A program made the position numbers and the translations under genes. A stretch of DNA of 64,000 bases, from contig NC_068981.1 of assembly GCF_001194135.2 (NCBI RefSeq), positions 65,372,236 to 65,436,235 on the forward strand, read 5' to 3'. This DNA comes from Octopus bimaculoides. Taxonomy: Eukaryota. The notes beneath the pieces are model-generated. The model did no database searches and was not told the DNA's origin. It worked only from the letters and a program-made list of their open reading frames with translations. Shown here piece after piece: positions 12,250 through 26,020 of the stretch (its first letter is position 1; each line of letters begins with the position of its first letter).

Positions 12250-12294
<45 letters not shown>

Positions 12295-12521
12295 GTGTGT
12301 GTGTGTATATATATATACAGTGAGGTTTGTTGACATTTCCCTGTCAACAAATCATTAGGTAGCTCTGGGCTTTTGAAGATTGGTAGAATGAAAATTCCCT
12401 TACTTGAAAAACAGGTAAGGGCAAGTGACAGGAATGGGAATGCAGCAGCAAAACATTGCATCAGTAATGTGTTTTTGTTTAATATTTGTTCACTTTGGAA
12501 AAACGGTCATAAAATAAGTTA

Positions 12522-12558
<37 letters not shown>

Positions 12559-12937
12559 TATTATCTACCTGTCTTTATGCCTATCTGTATGTGCATATGT
12601 GGTCTTGTTCTGTCCTACTGTGCAGCATCTTGGGTAAGTCTTTTACAATAGCCTTGGGCTGACCAAAGCCTTGTGAGTGGATTTGATACATGGAAACTAA
12701 ATGAAACCCATTGCATCTCTCTCCCTCCCTCTCTCTGTTTCTCCCTCCCTCCCTCTCTCTGTTTCTCCCTCCCTCCNNNNNNNNNNNNNNNNNNNNNNNN
12801 NNNNNNNNNNNNNNNNNNNNNNNNNNNNNNNNNNNNNNNNNNNNNNNNNNNNNNNNNNNCCCTCCCTCTCTCTGTTTCTCCCCCCTCTCTCTGTTTCTCC
12901 CCCCCTCTCTCTCACTCTCACACACACACACACGCGC

Positions 12938-13080
12938 GGCACTTCTGATGCTATATTTCTAGTAAGACAGCTGCAGGAGAAATTCCTAGCCAAAGATAAA
13001 CCTCTGTACTTGGCTTTCATTGACATGGAGGAAGCCTTTGACAGGGTCCCCGATCCCTTATCAGGTGGTCAATGTGTAAA
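12938..13080 (+). mobile_element. RTE LINE reverse transcriptase fragment (domains 2-3)
   Basis: GTSDAIFLVRQLQEKFLAKDKPLYLAFIDMEEAFDRVP, the classic RTE motif (xTxDAIFxxRQLQEK...AFxDxEKAFDRVP). Bounded by (CA)n and (TA)n. Confidence 0.9.
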
Positions 13081-13081
13081 C

Positions 13082-13133
<52 letters not shown>

Positions 13134-13249
13134 TGTATGTATATATATCTGCATGAATTAATCCTTTACGGCTACAGGCTACAATATGGCTTTGATATTT
13201 TGATTACATGGTGAATGTGGAGAAATATTTTGGAAGGGATCTTACACTG

Positions 13250-14450
13250 AAGTTTTGGTTAAAGGAGGAATCTTCACACACTTGCTACGGTTGCACCTGA
13301 TACTTTTTGTTACTCATGCTTCAAGCTTTCTCTACCGAGAAAGTTCAATGAATGTCTTTCTCTGAATGTATTCCTTTTATGGGTTATTTCCTGGTGGTAT
13401 GACCTAACAACACTACAGCTGCTTTTTGGCTGTCACTTTAATCTTTTGATGTTCTACTTGATACTTTTAACATGAAGGGAGTCATTATGACTTCATCGTG
13501 TACACCTCATACACTCAGTCTGTCAGGGTAGCCACATTATGTATTTATTATTTATCAAGAATGTGGCCTGCATATCCTGTCTCTGGTGAAAATAATATAA
13601 AATAGTTCAGGCATCTTGTTGGTGTTGCTTGTAGACATTGATGTCTTTAATGTAATATCACAGTTATATTTTCAAAATTCTTTATTTATCTATGAGTTAT
13701 TACTGGTAACAAAGGTAATTTCATAGTTGTCATGGCACAGTCAATTCTTTTCTCTCTACACAGAAACAAGTAGTTTTTATGCAGAATGTCATTTTAATTA
13801 GATTAAAATGATGGCATTCTCTGAAGAGTAGTTGAATCATTTTCTTATCAGTTTTCCAACTGACAATATGATATGAACCAGAATGATTGTAAACAACTTA
13901 TCCATATTAAGTTGTCAGGAGAAACTCTGTAGTCTAGAGAAATATCTTCTCAACGTCACTGTCATAGTCAACCTTGCCATCTTCATCAACATTACTATCA
14001 TCGTCGTCATCATCATCACTCAGCAACTCCCATCAACACAACCATCAGCATGCCATACCACAGTGAAATCTAAAACTTGCTGAAAGATTGATTAAGAAGC
14101 CCAATATAAAAATGAGGAATAATTCTGTCATTATATGAAGATATATTCATTACCATCAGAGCCATCCGTGGTTTCAAAAACCATGGAGAATTAAAATGTC
14201 TCTAACCTACTTGTTTGGAGTATTTTCAAATGATGACATTTTTTCAATGTTGTAAAAGCTGCTTCTATTACAATTACTTGACCTACTCAATGTAGCAATC
14301 CAAATTTACTTTTTCACATAAACACTTTTAAAATGAAGACTGCTTGTGTTTTAGTCCTGAATCAATTTTGTTATATCTACCTGGTTATACAGATAATTTG
14401 AGCAAGAGAGGGAGGCTGATCAAAAACTGAAATCAGGCCTAAACTGATGA
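13250..14450 (-). mobile_element. Possible heavily decayed Penelope-like RT relic
   Basis: Scattered minus-strand remnants in the expected order: N-x-F..Y-x-Q..G-like, IW..F..IW-like, LKTSV/MYK-like, HPxHVKSI-like. Very degenerate. Confidence 0.25.
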
Positions 14451-15095
14451 GTTAGCTATTCAAATATTTGCAAACTGGGTCTATTGAATTACCTGTGTAC
14501 TTTCTAAGCATTTGATCAGCTTACATACAGTCTGCAGAGTTGTTCAAGGGACTATTACTCAAGAAGAGCAATAACTTTAAGGAGTGTGAGGCTCTTCAAA
14601 ATGAATACTCTCTGCCCAACAAGAAACATCGGCTTATGTCAATCTCATAGTTATTTGAATGAAATGAAGATGATTCACCATCGTACAGCTTGTGAATTCA
14701 AACTCTGAGTACAGAATAAACATACATCCAAGGGCAAGCATAACCTTTTCCACAAACAGTTCAAAGATCTTTCATTATAAACAGCAGGCCCTTAGCTGCT
14801 AAATATTGTAATTATTACATTTTTGCCAGCCAGCCAACTTTTTATTCTTTGGCAAATTCATATGCATTTATTATCCTTTTAGGTACTACAATATCAATTT
14901 CAGTCCTTCCTAGCGTAAACCTAGAACTCATTAAACTAGGATTTCATGTGTTACTTTTTGTTGATTCTAAATATTTTATTACTACTGATGAGTGATATTC
15001 TCACCCATCATTAATAGACTGTCTTTCACTATCTCTGGCCCACTCACTCACCACATTGTCTCTTTCTCTAGTTTTAGAAGTGTAACATCCTTAAC

Positions 15096-15098
<3 letters not shown>

Positions 15099-15170
<72 letters not shown>
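15099..15170. repeat. (TG)n microsatellite
   Basis: About 36 perfect TG units. Confidence 0.98.
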
Positions 15171-15174
<4 letters not shown>

Positions 15175-15595
15175 TTCCACCCAAACCAAGATGACTATAT
15201 GAGTAACTGAAGCAATCTTCTTAGGTTTGTCTTTTCTTGTTCTTTACTCAGCCCAAACCTCACCTCACAAGTGATTGACTATTTCACTCACTTTCCTGCT
15301 GTTGTGAGAAAGCAAAGAATGACTGCCTGAAACTCTGGGAGAAAGATTCTTCCCACCATTTCCAACTCCATTTCCCCACTAAAGAATGCCTTTATGAACC
15401 ACAAACCCAATAAGTTGTTCTGCCTTTTTAATTTTGTTCATCTGGACCTTCTTGTCTTTTCCCAGGAGCATTTCATCTAGCCCTACCTGTTACTTACAAA
15501 TGAAAATGTCTATAAGTTACACATATATAGATAAAGCCACTCACTCAGTATTTTTGGCCTGCCTTTCTTCCAGTATCACACTACACATGCGTGTG

Positions 15596-15630
<35 letters not shown>

Positions 15631-15899
15631 GACAAATCACCACCTTCTCCATGTCACTTATCTCACCAAAATGTGAGCAAGTTCTCTTTTTCCAACTAAA
15701 CAATAAGACTGGACTTGGCAATGTTTTGTCAATTACTTTCAAACAAACATAAGTTTCCTTAGTGTTGTCAGAATCAATGAATACCCAGGGGTACTTTACC
15801 AGGCTTCAGTTTTTTTTTTTTGGAAAGCTTATAATTAGAAAGAAAGAAAAAACAAAGACATTCCTATAACACCTGTTTCCTAAAGATATAACACTTCAA

Positions 15900-16625
15900 A
15901 CAATTCACTTCTTAACAACAATAGACATTCCTATGTGGCTGATATCACTCTTTAATCGCCTTCTTCACACAGGCATCAGCCCCACACAACCTAAACATCT
16001 CGTGGTAGGCATTCACTGCTCTATTGTGAAAACATTTTCCAATGGGGACATGACAACATAGTCACAACAGTACAATACAACCACTACACATATCAAATGA
16101 ACAGACTCTTTTCATGAACACAACTTAAAACCTAAATTTGCTACGAAAACTAGTAATCATTCTATCTAACCTTTCGAGGCAACCCCACTCATATATAACT
16201 GCTTCACAAAGACTAAGATTTTTGTACAGGACTTCAGCCCCCATCAATTGTTGATATCCTAAAATAGATCCACACTGGAGAACTGCTCACATAAATGAGA
16301 AACTACTACTGCTGCACAAACACTGATGTCAAAAGAAAGCCATTCAGCTGATTGATAATGATTCATCCACCAGCATTCTTCAATCACTAGCTCACAGGTG
16401 TCTGGTATCCTCTCTCTGCCTCTTTTATTAGTGTTGTAATTGATTCTACTCTTCTGAACTAGATAACTGCACTGCATATTCCTTCTACTTAGCACTCCTC
16501 CTCCCATCACCTTCATTGATTTCCACTTCACAGACCCCTCCCTCCCCACTTTGTTAATTCCTTCTTTCCCAAGGACTGCAAACTTCAGGAATTCCCTTCC
16601 CAAGGAAACTCCTATCAATGAAGCA
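15900..16625 (+). mobile_element. CR1/L2/Jockey-group LINE, 3' RT and C-terminal relic
   Basis: HSYVADITL (YADD-like), RSTLENCSH (RPxLEYCSH), QKKAIQLI..LQSLAHRCLVSSLCLFY and FVNSFFPRTANFRNSLP (SFxPRTxxLWNSLP), interrupted by stops and frameshifts. Confidence 0.75.
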
Positions 16626-16939
16626 AATATATGATTCCAGCTGTGTATGCATTAATTAATGGTCTAATCCACAACATGGACAATTGCTTACAACCTTATT
16701 TGTTGTATCACATTGAATGCAAAATGAGGGAACTGCCAATACATAGTGCAACACATGTAACATATATTGGTAGTGTTATTCTCTTTACTGTTTACTACAG
16801 TTATCTGTGGCCATGCTGGAATTACATTTATATCAGTATTTAGTCCGAAGCTCATTTTATCAAGTGGCCGAGTTTACTTCAGTTACTTCCCTTTTGCAAA
16901 AAGTCACTTCCCTTTCGCAAACTTCTTAAGTACTGCAAA

Positions 16940-16942
<3 letters not shown>

Positions 16943-17022
<80 letters not shown>
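16943..17022. repeat. (CT)n(CA)n microsatellite
   Basis: Directly visible perfect repeat. Confidence 0.97.
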
Positions 17023-17629
17023 TACAAAGATGGCTTCTGCAGTTCCTATCTACTGATTGGCTCGCAAGGTATTATTAAACCAGGGGTTATAGCAGAAGAC
17101 ACTTGCTTAAAATACTATACAGTGTGATCAAAGCCACAACCATGTGGCTGCAAAGTGAACTTCTTAACACCACAGCTGTATGCATTCACATCAAAGAACA
17201 TCTGTATGAGAGCATTCCTCTGCTTAAAAATACATTTGTTTACTTGTCTTAACTGGAAGATCACCTGAAGAATTAGCCAATGAAAGTATGAAAGGAATGA
17301 GCTTTAGGTACCTTAAGCAGAAAATTAGCAGTCACCGAGCTGTGAAACTTTCATCAATTTATTGGTACTAACATGTTTACCACTTGGCACAGTGTTATGT
17401 TGTCTGTTATTACTTGTTTCCTGTTCTGTATTAAGAAATTCTTGTATTCCTGTGTTTCTTTGTTTTGGCTTTTATGCTAAGATATACCTTCCTATTTAAC
17501 CGTCTTGATAATGACCTACCTGTGTGAGCTCACCTCTGGTTCTATGATACAAAAAACTTCTGTTCACATTTAAATTAAACCTTTCTATAATAATTTTATG
17601 CAAGAAATTGCTATGTTCAAAACACCAGT

Positions 17630-17666
<37 letters not shown>

Positions 17667-17680
17667 GCTAATTATTTTAC

Positions 17681-17740
17681 CTTCTTAATTTCCATTCCTT
17701 GGACGATTGTAGTAGCTTCCTGCTCAACCCCTCTATATTT
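17681..17740 (-). CDS. Candidate 60-nt exon: KYRGVEQEATTIVQGMEIKK (phase 0) or NIEGLSRKLLQSSKEWKLR (phase 2)
   Basis: Acceptor actttctctctttctccag, donor AAG/gtaaaa. Length is a multiple of 3, purine-rich, non-repetitive, two open frames. Confidence 0.45.
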
Positions 17741-18775
17741 CTGGAGAAAGAGAGAAAGTTGTGAATGTTTCTCCATAACTGTTTCACACAACACATCATA
17801 GTTGATTTAGAGAGAGGTGGGTAGTGAGAAGGGAATAAAAACAGCTGACCACACTACTTGACTATTACTTTGACACCTGTTAGGATGAAAGGCCAAATTG
17901 ACCTTAGCAGGATTTGGACTCAAATTGCTGAGGACTTGAATACCACCAGGAACTGTATCTGGCATTTTAACATTCTATCTGCCAGTTCAAAATCTTATTA
18001 AACCTTTGATTATTTCAAAATTGAATGAGATTGAAACGCAGTATGTTTTATCAGAAGTATGGTCAAGAAGAAGTTAATAACACTTCAAAATAATTAACAT
18101 ATTCTAATTTTAAAAAATAACATATTTGCAACCACAAAGTCTTCTATATTTGTTTCTTGGCATTTATTTTCTATTTGTATTCTTTACTCTAGTATAGCAA
18201 AACCCACATTGAAGTAAGCTTCAGTTTTAGTAGGTTAATTTCAAACTTGGTCAACAAACAAGTATTAAAATAGGAATACTAGTAAAGAATTATTACTTGT
18301 GATATTTGATAGGTATGATTAATAGGTGAAAGAAAATTTGTAAATAATAATTATGTTGTCAATTTTCCAAGGAACCACCCTCCAGTACTTTGATATAAAA
18401 CATCCTGTTACAAAGTGTTAAATATTTTATGTAACATTCATGAAATTTTTGTTATGTTCTCAAACACCAGTTTTAATGTTGCAATTAGTGGTTATCCTAG
18501 AAGGAAGCCTGTACATAGTTGTTTGACCTAACAGAAATAGCAACCATATATCCATTAAATTACATTCTACCATTCTTTAAAATAGAACTCGCTAGATAAT
18601 GGGGTTCTAGGATACACTGCCCGAGAAAAGATGTGATTGTCAACTTAATATACTGTCAGTCTCAGCTCAACTTAGGCTGACTGGAGGCTAAGCAACAGCA
18701 AATTAATGAAAAGTTAGTTAGTTTATGAAATCCTCCAAATTTTTACTCTGCTAATTAACTGAAAGATAACCTCTT

Positions 18776-19170
18776 TTACTCTTTTACTTGTTTCAGTCAT
18801 TTGACTGCGGCCATGCTGGAGCACCACCTTTAGTCGAGCAAATCGACCCCAGGATTTATTCTTTGGAAACCTAGTACTTATTCTATCGGTCTCTTTTGCT
18901 GAACCGCTAAGTTACGGGAACGTAAACACACCAGCATCGGTTGTCAAGTGATGTTGGGGGGACAAACACAGACACGAACATATACACACACATACATATA
19001 CATACATACGACGGGCTTCTTTCAGTTTCCATCTACTAAATGCACTCACAGGGCTTTGGTCGGCCTGAGGCTATAGTTGAAGACACTTGCCCAAGGTGCC
19101 ACGCAGTGGGAATGAACCCGGAACCATGTGGTTGGTAAGCAAGCTACTTACCACACAGCCAGTCACCAAA
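18776..19170 (-). mobile_element. SINE family A, full-length, young copy
   Basis: Retains most CpGs: GGCTGTGTGGTAAGTAGCTTGCTTACCAACCACATGGTTCCGGGTTCATTCCCACTGCGTGGCACCTTGGGCAAG...GGCCGCAGTCAAATGACTGAAACAAGTAAAAGAGTAAAAGAG on the minus strand. Confidence 0.92.
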
Positions 19171-19329
19171 AATGTTCATGATTTGATGCTTTTTTTCTCG
19201 CATTTTAGTAACTCAGCTCCAAGATTACTTGATATCATAAACAATATATTTACATATATTCTCTCCATTTAATCACAATTTAGAGTCTTTTTAACAATTC
19301 TTTTCAAGTTGAAGGAAGTGAATCACCAG

Positions 19330-19710
19330 AATTGGTAACAGTGGTGGACAAAATACCATTCAGTATTTAGTTACATCTCTGTATCTTCTGCTATGGTCAA
19401 TTTATAGCTTTTATCCTTCCATGGTTGATAAAATAAATAGCAGCCTAGTACTGGGGTTGATTCAGTTGACTGTTCTCTTTCTTTGGAAATTTTGGTCTTG
19501 TAATAATACAGATAAGTGGGTAGTGAGCTGGCAGAATCATTAGCATGTCAGACAAAATGCTTTGCAGCTTTTCTTCCAGCTCTTTATTTCTGAGTTCAGA
19601 TCCTGCCAAGATCAATTTTGCATTTCATCCCTTTCAGGCCAATAAAATAAAAAATACTTGAATTAATTAATTTACTTTACCCCTTTCCCTAAATAATTGC
19701 TGGCCTTAAA
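19330..19710 (+). mobile_element. Two head-to-tail SINE family B copies
   Basis: An older copy at ~19330-19500 is directly followed by a younger one beginning GGTAGTGAGCTGGCAGAATCATTAGC at ~19519. Confidence 0.7.
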
Positions 19711-21353
19711 CCCTGCAATGTACCAGCGTCCTATTAGGGAGAACATTATAATCTTAGTCACTTTTATGCCATGGAAACAGGGTAACCAGCCTCATGCATC
19801 TTAGGGCTTGAGAAAAAAAAATACAAAGAAAGAAAGAAAGAGACAGAATGAGAGAGAGAAAATGAGTATCTGATGGCAGATTACAGTTGTGGGGTAGATA
19901 AAATAAAAATACCATTGCAACCAAATATTAGAATTAATGTATTCAACAATATCCTCTCCCCTACCAAATTTGTGGTCTTGTACCTATATTAGAAATCAAT
20001 AATTTCTACTGACCACTAGGCAAACAAAAATGTTACACATCACATGGCCACACTTTGTATGGTAATTGATTGTACTAAAACTAATATTCACTCCACAACC
20101 GTTTAAACAGCTGAAACATAAGGTACTCATTGAATATATTTTTTTTAAAATACAGTAGAATGGTAGAATAAGTCATACTAGAAGAAATAACTTTAAAGAA
20201 AAAAATAAATATGATTAGCTAAGGAAATAACTTAAATGAGCGAATTTGGATAAATAAAGTGCAGGCATGGCACTTAACGAATTAGCTTCACAACCACATG
20301 GTTTCAGGTTCAGTCCCATTAAGTGGTACCTTGGGTCTCTTTTCCTGTAGCCCTAAGCCAACCAATTCCATGAGTGAATTTGTAGAGGAAAATTACAGGT
20401 ATCTTTTGTGTGCGTGCTTATACACACACGTGCACAATTGTGAATGTGCATGAATGCTGATGTATGGGAATGCTGATATTCTGCATTTGTTACTGCTTGA
20501 ACAAAATGCTATTAATGTTGACATTCAGTGTTGACCTTATCACTCGTTCATTCAATGCTTTTGATGAACAAAACAAAAAGATCACTTTCTTTAAAAAAAT
20601 TTTTTAAGTAGCAGGTAAGAGTACGCAGCACGAATATTCAGCCCTAAAATTCTGCCTGCCTGAAATAAATACCTGTCTAACCCATGGAAAAATGAACATT
20701 AAATGAACAAATGAAGTAAAAGATAATGTGCTGAATGTTGTTTGCGAAAAAAATTTTTATTGGTCAAAATCTATATATAAAAAAAAAGTTAACAACACTT
20801 GTAAGCAATTCTCAATGTAAAAAGGGTATAATTTCATGAAGTTAAAAAAATAATTTCTAAAAGTTAATTTATATGTTTGTGGGTGGGGATAGTTTGCTCT
20901 TTGTTTGCAGGCAAGGGTTGTGTATGGGCATGTTTTGGTGTATTATACCTCATCAGTATAGTATACCCATACTAGCATGGAAGACGGATATTGAATGAAG
21001 AAAAAGAGACTGTTCATTATTACTTGATCAGTTGACAAAGATTTTGACATACAATAAAAGAGTTACAAATAGTTTTGGTCTATATAATATGCAGAATTAT
21101 AAAGGAAAAAAAAATTAGTTATGTACTTTTCATGTCAACTTTGTTTTTTTTGCTTCCTGAGGCAATGAAATAATTACCAGTTAAGATGATTTAATCAACT
21201 GTGTCCTTCTCCATCATCATATTTATGGGTGTGCCTATGTTAAAAATTGTTTAATATATAACAGGAATTTTTTTTTTTAAATAAATTTTTTTGGGAAAAA
21301 TTGAACAGAAAATAACTATGTATTCTCTGCCTCTCTCTCTCTCTCTCTCTTTT

Positions 21354-21385
<32 letters not shown>

Positions 21386-23364
21386 AGTGATCTCTCTTTT
21401 AAACTTGCCCAATTTTTGCCTTTTATTAGCTAATCCAAATTATTGCACTCATCTCTTTCTTTCCAAAATCACAACCACAACTATGTCAAATGACTACCAC
21501 CAGCCCTGTCTCACAATCACAACCACCACTACTACAACTGTCTCACCTCCCAAATTTATAATATCACTTTTCAGTTATTTTTCACTAGATACCTCCCCGC
21601 TCAAAACATGTATATTTATTCAAGCACTAAACCTTACAGGACTAGTTGCATAGAAACTGTTTATTCTAAATGATAATCTGCATCTCTTTTTCTTCTGTTC
21701 TCACCTTCACATTTTCCCCTTATGTCTCCTTCTTTCTCTTTTATATTCCTCTTCTGATCTCAATAAATTACCTGTTGAGATTAAACATATGTTTAGTTTT
21801 ATTTGAAAAGAAAGTCATCAGTAAGCTGTCATTATCAGATAACAGATGTTACACTTTGGCCCATGCATTCTCACAGTTGCTGTCAGTTTATAATAGCCAT
21901 TTGAATTCAAGAGTGTGTAAACATACTTCAATCTTAGCTGTAAAGATTGCTTTCAGGCTCAAACCCAAATTAATGAAAGCATGAAATCAGGAAGCAGCCT
22001 ATCATGATTTTGAATCTCATTAGACTCTCTGCAATCCTATTTCAATAACAACATGCTCACTGAATCAGACCAAAAGTCTTGAAGCCTTGTAAACATTTTG
22101 CTGTTTTTCTTTTACTGGTTTCAGTTGCTGGACTGTGGTCATGCTGGGGCATGACTTGTAAGGTTGTTTTTTTTTTTAATTCAGTTATATCGACCCCCAG
22201 TACTTGTGATTTGCTATTTATTTTATTGAATCTTGTTTTGTCTGCCTGCTAAATTAGGTGACACCAGTTTTTAGATCAATGTTAACACACACACTGTGCT
22301 TATGCATAGTTTTGTTCTGCTGAATTCCACTCAAGATATTGATCAACCCTATAGCATATAATAGAATACAGTTGCACAAAGTGACATCAAACTGACAACT
22401 GTCTATGTAACCCAAATGAGCATTAATTGAAACAAAAATAAATTCCATTTAGCTAAATGGTCATAACTTTCCTGACCAATAAGAGAATCTCACCACAGTC
22501 ATTTCATCTGTTAGAAATACCAGCCAAATCTCACTCAGATCAAAATTGGATAGTCTTACTAGACAATATAGTCTTAGATATGCAATATGATGATATGGTG
22601 ATGACTGGAACATTTTTGATGCTAGATCTGGTCATTCAGGACTGATTGGGGCTAAACACCAATCATAATTACTACTTTCTGTATGTTACAGAATGTTTGT
22701 TTAGCTTTTTTATTTATCATTTTTTAATTGTATATATTTTTTATAGTATTTTATTTTTCTCAGTACTGGGAGCACTTGACAAGTAGATTTGAAGGCATTC
22801 TAGGGAGTCTTACTAGTCTGCTTCCTCACCACATGCTTGCTTTAACGTAGGTTTTATCCTAGAACATATCAACACAGCAAGACTAATTATGTTTACATAC
22901 ACATAATTAGATCATGTAATATGCTGTCTGATGGGAAAGTAGTATTATTAATGTTAAGTTACAACCCAAAGAAGAGACAGGTGAGTGGCAGTGGTGGTGG
23001 GGAATAGTTAGTTATCACTTGCAGGTAAAGACACAATGTTAACACAAATAACCTATAGGAATTTCAAAAATAAACTAACAAAAAAGGAAAAAAAAAAAGA
23101 AAGCAAAAACTGTTAATCATTTTATCAATCCCCTGAATCAGTAGTTCTGACTATTAATTTTGTTTTCAATCAGTTAGAGCCTGAGAGACAGATCTTCTGT
23201 TGGAAATTATACTAGTTTGTTGCAAGCAACTTTCCTAGAAAATCTTTATTTATTTCCAACAGTATTACTTTTCTTGGAATTTTCAGCAGTTCCTCAATAA
23301 CCTTATTATTTTCAAAATATGATATAATAATAAAAGGAGGTTCACTTTCATATATAGTTCACTC

Positions 23365-23605
23365 TCTTGTGGAGGCACATCGCTCAGTGGTTAGGGTGTT
23401 GGACTCGTGATCGTAGGATTGTGATTTCGATTCCTGGACCAGGCAATGTGTTATGTCCTTGAGTGAAGCACTTCATTTCACATTGCTCCAGTCCACTCAG
23501 CTGGCAAAAATGAGTGATTCTGTGATGGACGGGCATCCCATCCAGGTGGGAAATATATATGCTATGGAAACCAGAAAACCAACTCTCATGAGTCAGTATG
23601 AACCA
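23365..23605 (+). mobile_element. tRNA-derived SINE with a V-domain-like core
   Basis: TCGCTCAGTGG A box and GATTTCGATTCC B box, then TGTCCTTGAGTGAAGCACTT and GTGATGGACGGGCATCCCATCCAGG, which resembles V-SINE-type central domains (inference). Confidence 0.75.
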
Positions 23606-24342
23606 AGAGGGAAACTATGCCATTTTCACTCTCTTCATAGACTGTGCATTGACAAAATAGTTAAATTGTTGTGTAGAATTTGCTTGCTGTATTCGTGTTC
23701 CCAGCTCAAATCTTGAAGTCATCATTAATTTTCATCATTTTGAGGTCAACAAATAAAGTACCAATATTCTCCTTGATTTTTCTTTTTTGTTTCTATTCCT
23801 CACTGGTTGCTACCTATAGTTTAAAGGTCCTGCTTTGTCAATTGGTGTCATACTGAAGTTGACTTAAGAATTGCATTAAGGGTAGATGTATATATGGAAT
23901 AACCAACCACTAACACATTGATTTCATGATTAGAAATTCTATTGGTCCGACAACTAAATACACATCATTGAAACTGATGGAGGTTTGACTGCAGTAGTCA
24001 TTTCTGTTGTAACTCTTCTGCAAAAACTTGCCTGTAGCATAAGGGAAACCATTAAACAAACTCAAAAGTACTTTCATTAATTCAACTGAAAGCATTTATT
24101 TTTTAAAATTTTTGCAAGGCAGAGTCTCTTATATTTTTATTGACAAATATACATGACAAAAATGTATATAAAATCCATGCTAAAACAGTTAACAGTAAGA
24201 TAAAATGTTTTGTGCAAAATGCAGCAGAACATAATTTCATTTGTACTTTGTTCTCCAATATTTGTAAGTTGGAATCAAGCAGAACCTGCTCTATATTCAG
24301 TTCATATATTACCACACATGCACGCATGCACACGCGCACACG

Positions 24343-24710
24343 GGTGTGTGGTTAAGATACTTATTTTCCAACCATGTGGTACCATGTTCAGTCCCATTCA
24401 CAGCACCTTGAGCAAATGTCTTCTACTACAGCCCTGAGCTGACCTGAGCCATGTGAGTGGATTTGGTAGATGGAATATATAAGAAACCTATCGTGTGTGT
24501 GTGTGTGTGTGTCCTTTTCTTGTTGTAAATGAGCATCACCTTCATAGAGACAGTGTCATTTGTTTCCAATTTTCCATGTAAATTATATTTAGCTATGGAT
24601 GAAATATTACTTTGCTTGGAAACAGGCAAGGGTTGACAATAGGAAGAGCATCCAGCCATAGAAATTCTACCTCACCTATGCAAGTATGGAAGAGTGAAGG
24701 TTAAGATAAT
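24343..24710 (+). mobile_element. SINE family A head with RTE-like 3' tail
   Basis: Family A head to (TG)n, then GAGCATCACC...CTTGGAAACAGG...AGGAAGAGCATCCAGCCATAGAAA...CCTATGCAAGTATGGAAG. The same build occurs at 25685-26020. Confidence 0.75.
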
Positions 24711-24744
24711 GTGTGTGTGTGTAAATTATCTTACCATACAGAAA

Positions 24745-24980
24745 TAGCTGTGTAATAAGAAGCTTGTTTCTCAGCCACATGGTTCCCCGTTCAGTCCCAC
24801 TGTGTGGCACTTTGGGCAAGTATTTTCTACTGCAGCCTCTGGCTGACCAAAATCGTGTGAGTGGATTTGGTAGACAGAAACTGAAAGAAGCCTGTCGTAT
24901 ATAAATGTGGGTGTATGTGTGTCCACCCCCCACCGCCACCACTTGACAACGGGTGTTGGTGTGTTTATGACCCCATCCCT
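24745..24980 (+). mobile_element. SINE family A, 3'-truncated
   Basis: AAGAAGCTTGTTTCTCAGCCACATGGTTCC...TTCAGTCCCACTG...GTGAGTGGATTTGGTAGACAGAAACTGAAAGAAGCC...CTTGACAACGGGTGTTGGTGTGTTTATG. Confidence 0.8.
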
Positions 24981-25684
24981 TTTACACAATACTGTTTTTC
25001 AAAGCAGGAGGACTAGACACTTTAAAACTACTTGACTTCACCTTTAACAGGGTAACTGTCAACTTGACCCTAGTTCATCTGTGTGTGTGTGTGTGTAGAA
25101 TTTCCTCAAATCTGATTCCTCTTCAGTTCACCAAAGCATTGTGAATGTCTACTTGTTGAAAAAGGTTAAATAAATTCTTAATTAATTTCACCAAGGTCAT
25201 ATGACACCACTCAATCACTAGTCCCCTTCCATACACACCTACCTTTTATTTTTCTTAAAGTAATTAGATATTTCTCTGATGTACTTAGTAGTAGCAGTGT
25301 TTGAAGTTAGGACACTGAGGTCAGTAATTCAGTGTCTGAAGCTTAAAGCAAAAATAAATGTAGAATTAAAGAAAGCTACACTGATTCCAGCTGTTGCATT
25401 TCATCTATTTTGCAGATAAGGAAAAGATAAGCTGCTAAGAAAACATGTGACTGTGTTCCAGTTATTGCTGAGGTTTAGTTACAAATGGTACATTTCAGGA
25501 AGATCTATGATTGAAGACATTCTAGTCATGACCATCCAACTTTTTCTTAGATTATAGTTATCTATGATACATTTAGCTAATGTATCCTTTATTTTATTTT
25601 ATTTTATTTTATTTTATTTTCCTAATGATAGCATATGATTTGATGGAGATTTACCCCTTTGGTAGTTTTGAATCTTTGATGTAT

Positions 25685-26020
25685 AGGTGCAGGTGTGACT
25701 GTGTAGGTAAGGAGCTTGCTCCCTGACCTTTGGTTCAGTCCCACTGCATGGCATCTTGGACTAGTGTCTTCTGCTATAGCCCGGACCCAATCAAAGCATT
25801 GTAAGTATAGACATCATGTGATGGTCGTAAGTGAGCATCATAATCATATGTGAGGTTATTCCTTTTCAGTCTTCAGTGAAAAACATGTCTGGTCATAGGA
25901 AGATATTAACTAGCTTGGACACAGATGAGGATTAGTGATAGGAAGGGTATCCGGCTGCAAAAAAAATCTCCATCAGCAAATTCTGCCTGACCTATGCAAG
26001 CATGGTCATTAAATGGTCAT
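25685..26020 (+). mobile_element. SINE family A head with RTE-like 3' tail
   Basis: Head GTGTAGGTAAGGAGCTTGC...TTCAGTCCCACTGC; tail AGGAAGGGTATCCGGCTGC...TGACCTATGCAAGCATGG. Confidence 0.7.

Noticed and set aside
22297-22348. Minus-strand RVDQYLEW resembling GST-theta RVDEYLEW
   Set aside because: A stop follows within 8 codons, there is no flanking similarity, and it is likely chance.
23005-23030. AG/GT junctions resembling recursive splice sites (also 21760-21790 minus and 28070-28095 plus)
   Set aside because: Such motifs are expected by chance, and host orientation is unresolved.
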